Shown: positions 61,401 to 64,000 of the stretch, piece after piece
How positions within the stretch are numbered: position 1 is the first letter of the stretch
Layout: every line of letters starts with the position of its first letter
Assembly (NCBI GenBank): GCA_039024555.1
Contig: JBCCQQ010000015.1
Span: 1 to 64,000, forward strand
Direction of reading: 5' to 3'
DNA from: Cyanobacteria bacterium P01_D01_bin.156
GTDB lineage: Bacteria > Cyanobacteriota > Cyanobacteriia > Phormidesmidales > Phormidesmidaceae
DNA: 64,000 bases
Notes under the pieces: generated by a model
The model's input: the letters and a program-made list of their open reading frames with translations, nothing else
Database searches by the model: none
What the model was told of the DNA's origin: nothing
Program-made: the position numbers and the translations under genes

Positions 61401-64000
61401 CGCTGACGATGGTAATGACGCGACCTCCGAAGGTTTGTTTATCTCCACCAGCGGTAGCCCCACCGTCGAAGTTGGCGATGAAGTTCGTCTGTTTGGTGTA
61501 ATCAGCGAGTTTATCCCTGGCGGTGCCGACACTGGCAACCTATCCACCACCCAGATGAGAAACCCTGATGTGGTGATTCTGTCCTCTGGCAATGAGTTAC
61601 CGGCAGCGGTTGTCATCGGTGCGAGCGGTCGTCTGGCCCCCAGCGAGACCGTTATTAGCTCCGATGAGCTACCAGTAAACCTCCAGGAAGAAGCCGGTAA
61701 CTTTGACCCCAGTGAAGATGCCATCGACTTCTACGAAACCCTAGAAGGGATGCGCGTCACTGTGGAAGATGCCGTAGCCGTATCTCCCACCCGCGTATTT
61801 AGCGCGTTCTCTGCTGAGGCCTTCACTCTGCCTAACCAGGGTGCGGGGGTTACTCCCGAGGATGGTCTCACATCTCGCGGTGGCATTAACCTCAACTCCG
61901 GTGCTGAGAACACTGGTGATCAAAACCCCGAGCGAGTACAGATTCAGCTCAACCCCAATACCATGCCCGAGGGCTTTGACATTCCTGCGCTGACCGTCGG
62001 CGATCAGCTAGGCGATGTTACCGGCGTTGTGGGCTATAGCTTTGGTAACTTCGAAGTGAATGTTACCGAGGAGTTTGAAATTACTCCCAGCGGTCTAGAG
62101 CAGGAAGTCACCACCATTACGGGCAGTGACAACGATCTGACTGTAGCCAGCTACAACGTGCTAAACCTGGCAGCTGACGGTACAGACGAAGCTCAGTTTG
62201 ACCTACTGGCTGAGCAAATTGTTACCAACCTGAACGCCCCTGACATTGTTGCCCTGCAAGAGATTCAGGACAACAGCGGTGTTGCCGATGACGGTACGGT
62301 GGACGGCACTGAAACGCTGCAAGCATTGGTAGATGCCATTGCCGCAGCCGGTGGTCCCACCTATGAGTTCTTCGACATTACGCCTGAGAACAACACCCAA
62401 GGCGGCGTTCCCGGTGGCAACATCCGCAACGCCTATCTGTACAACCCAGAGCGCGTCGAATTAGATTCTTTTGCTGCCATCGATCAGGATGCTGCATTTG
62501 AAGGTACTCGCCTTCCCCTAGTGGCCAACTTTACCTTCAACGGCAACCTGGTGACTGTTGTCAACAACCACCTCACCTCTCGCTTTGGGTCTTCCCCTGT
62601 ATTTGGCGGACCCCAGCCTTTCGTCCAAGCAGGTGAAGAAGAGCGAGAAGCCCAGGCTCAGGCCCTTAACGACTTTGTGGATAGCATTGTCGACACCAAC
62701 CCTGATGCCAAGGTGATTGTACTAGGTGACCTTAATACCTTTGAGTTCACCAATGACCTAGCAGAAATTCTTCCCGGCACTGGTGATGAACAAGTTCTCA
62801 CCAACCTGGTAGACCAGGCCGTTGCCGAAGATGATGCGTATACCTTCATCTTCGATGGCAACAGCCAAGTGCTGGACCACATGTTTGTAACTGATTCGTT
62901 GTTAGAGGGAGCTGAGTTTGACATTGTTCATGTCAACAACGATTTCCCTCGCGATGACAACGGTGCTCTGTTCGACAGCATTGTGGCCAGTGACCATGAA
63001 CCCCTAGTTGCAAAATTTACTCTAGAAGAAACTGTGACTGAACCATCCACATTTACCCTACAGCTGCTCCACGCAGCTGACCAGGAAGCAGGCATTCCTG
63101 CCCTGGATGATGCTCCCAACTTCTCTGCAGTACTTAACGCCCTGCGGGATGACTTTGACAACACAGTTACCCTATCTTCTGGTGACGCTATTCTGCCTGG
63201 TCTCTTCTTTAGTGCCAGTGAAGACATATTTGGTGGTCAGGGCCGTGCTGATATCCTAATTCAAAATGAATTGGGCTTTGAAGCCATCGCCCTAGGTAAC
63301 CATGAGTTTGACCTGGGTACAGGCTTACTAAGCGACTTGATTGGTGGCGCAGAAGATGACCCAACCACCCCTGATGTGGATGAGTCCTTTGAAGGTACTC
63401 AGTTCCCCTACCTAAGTGCCAACCTAGACTTCAGCACCGATGAAAATCTTGCTGACTTGGTAGTACCCGATGACCAAGCACCTCAGTCCAACAGCCTAGC
63501 AGCAACTACTGTTATTACTGTTGGCGGTGAGAAGATTGGCGTTGTTGGTGCAACTACACCCACTCTGCCAATCATTGCGAGCCCTGATGGTGTTACTGTT
63601 CTACCCGAAGACTTTGACGGTACTCCTACCGCAGAACAGCTAGATGCCCTAGCTGCGGAAATCCAGCAGGACGTGGATGAGATGCTAGCCCTTAACCCTG
63701 GCTTGAACAAGGTTATTCTGCTCTCCCACATGCAACAAATTAGCATTGAGCAAGAGCTAGCCACCCGCCTAAGCGGTGTAGACATTATTGTTGCTGGTGG
63801 TTCCAACTCCACCCTAGCGGACGAGAATGATCGTTTGCGCGATGGTGATGAAGCGCAGGGCACTTACCCCATCTTTTCCACCGATGCTGACGGCAACCCT
63901 GTTGCGATTGTTAACACCGACGGTAACTACAGGTATGTAGGTCGCCTAGTGGTTGACTTTGATGAGAACGGTGTCATCATTCCTGAGAGCTACGACGCCG
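58483..64000 (+). CDS. Giant multidomain extracellular phosphatase/nuclease, partial: choice-of-anchor I (PhoA-like) with inserted phytase-like esterase, ExeM-like EEP nuclease and 5'-nucleotidase metallophosphoesterase
   Basis: GGAGA RBS and ATG at 58483 (MADFLERIGG...). The frame stays open to the window end (>1,830 aa). Motifs: TANEGE, DLEPEY, ELGGFSGL, NRGFEGMA, DKPEGL, LNDNDFG, RSDNKGAEPE, TISEIQG, SYNVLNL, QEIQD, GNSQVLDH, SDHEP, LLHAADQE, LGNHEFD. Confidence 0.9.
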   Translation, partial: MADFLERIGGATSELGAEITAFDPASQSLFVVSGGTEVQLFSLADPSNPTSLGALDVADVIPNIDGVNSVAVADGLVAIAIGADPQTDPGFVAVADIAAVTAGDPSAFTVVQVGALPDNIVFSPDGTKLITANEGEPDDGVDPNGSVSIIDVSGGIAGISQDSVVTVGFEAFDGREADLRADGVRIFPDAGAAQDLEPEYVAVSPDGSQAFVTLQENNALAVINLATNEVEGIVPLGVKDFSQGLPNLTNFDITDRGDITNGGDALTTATGETIELGGFSGLWYDGVAENGNLKFLAVPDRGPNGDPLDLDGNGSTESRAFLLPDYQSRVVSLELNEETGEVSITDELFLTQADGTPITGLPNIPNVDRTAVDAEQNPVDLDDLTQLDASEFGSDFDPFGADLEGIVRAGDGTFWMVDEYRPAIYHFNEDGTLIDRFVPEGTVDQANEANPGTTFAEGTFGTETLPEEYLNRRRNRGFEGMALDTDEGILYAFIQTPMSNPTRADGDASSVIRMIGINPETGEPVAEYVYLIQDPEVGNNVDKIGDAVYAGDGKFFVMERDSALDPTAQKFVFEVDIKGATNVLGQDFGGETLEQQTPDDLADAGIQVVNKVKVTNLPSIGYLPSDKPEGLALLPDGRLAVLNDNDFGLEPGAEAVQLGLIDFAGEAAPGASNGLDASDRDGADGEGAINIQNQPVFGLFMPDSIASFEANGQTYYITANEGDDRGDADEDERGDAVRLKDLADVTSFGRNGLALDESLDPALAEDENLGRLAISTIDGDIDGDGDLDQLFSYGGRSFSIWDENGNQVYDSGSLIAEITAEQTPELFNANNGSPEDFDTRSDNKGAEPEAVTTGEIGGVPFAFVGLERAGGGVLAFNLSDPTNPEFVQYARSDEDVAPEGLTFISAEDSPNGQPLLAVANEVSNTLAVYEANVEAATISEIQGEGHISPLVGELVQTEGIVTAVDFRGYYVQGADDGNDATSEGLFISTSGSPTVEVGDEVRLFGVISEFIPGGADTGNLSTTQMRNPDVVILSSGNELPAAVVIGASGRLAPSETVISSDELPVNLQEEAGNFDPSEDAIDFYETLEGMRVTVEDAVAVSPTRVFSAFSAEAFTLPNQGAGVTPEDGLTSRGGINLNSGAENTGDQNPERVQIQLNPNTMPEGFDIPALTVGDQLGDVTGVVGYSFGNFEVNVTEEFEITPSGLEQEVTTITGSDNDLTVASYNVLNLAADGTDEAQFDLLAEQIVTNLNAPDIVALQEIQDNSGVADDGTVDGTETLQALVDAIAAAGGPTYEFFDITPENNTQGGVPGGNIRNAYLYNPERVELDSFAAIDQDAAFEGTRLPLVANFTFNGNLVTVVNNHLTSRFGSSPVFGGPQPFVQAGEEEREAQAQALNDFVDSIVDTNPDAKVIVLGDLNTFEFTNDLAEILPGTGDEQVLTNLVDQAVAEDDAYTFIFDGNSQVLDHMFVTDSLLEGAEFDIVHVNNDFPRDDNGALFDSIVASDHEPLVAKFTLEETVTEPSTFTLQLLHAADQEAGIPALDDAPNFSAVLNALRDDFDNTVTLSSGDAILPGLFFSASEDIFGGQGRADILIQNELGFEAIALGNHEFDLGTGLLSDLIGGAEDDPTTPDVDESFEGTQFPYLSANLDFSTDENLADLVVPDDQAPQSNSLAATTVITVGGEKIGVVGATTPTLPIIASPDGVTVLPEDFDGTPTAEQLDALAAEIQQDVDEMLALNPGLNKVILLSHMQQISIEQELATRLSGVDIIVAGGSNSTLADENDRLRDGDEAQGTYPIFSTDADGNPVAIVNTDGNYRYVGRLVVDFDENGVIIPESYDA

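Noticed and set aside
58737..63863. Many short minus-strand ORFs and one alternative plus-frame ORF in the track
   Set aside because: They are antisense or alternate-frame shadows of the giant plus-strand phosphatase ORF.

Overview
Chromosomal window from a cyanobacterium. The evidence is the chlL/chlN genes, IctB, CP12, a PatA-type taxis cluster and about 25 HIP1 GCGATCGC octamers counted by eye; a filamentous Leptolyngbyaceae-like host is an inference. In order it contains: the left end of an IS256-family element; the chlL-DUF5331-chlN dark protochlorophyllide reductase operon; a SNF2 helicase/SWIM pair; an ictB gene followed by a URC1-URC4-upp-mmsA cluster (probable uracil catabolism ending in acetyl-CoA); an accessory block of small enzymes and regulators (16-21.5 kb); a PleD-type diguanylate cyclase; an orphan PhnD-like binding protein next to a Cache-HAMP-GAF receptor whose MCP domain lacks the signalling tip; glycosyltransferases with sat, a sulfotransferase and a CHR transporter; a patA-cheY-cheW-mcp-cheA-cheW operon; a CBS-CP12 gene, a truncated CBS copy, a recombinase-DNA-binding-domain gene and a CBS gene; a TpsA-like exoprotein; an M20 amidohydrolase; and Uma2. 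The window ends in a >1,800-aa multi-phosphatase ORF (58483 to the end) that the ORF track missed. It is preceded by a Pho-box-like repeat and an internally deleted relic of a related gene. Two MITE-like repeat families are scattered in intergenic DNA. No rRNA, tRNA or CRISPR array was recognised. All calls come from motif recognition by eye, with no database searches.
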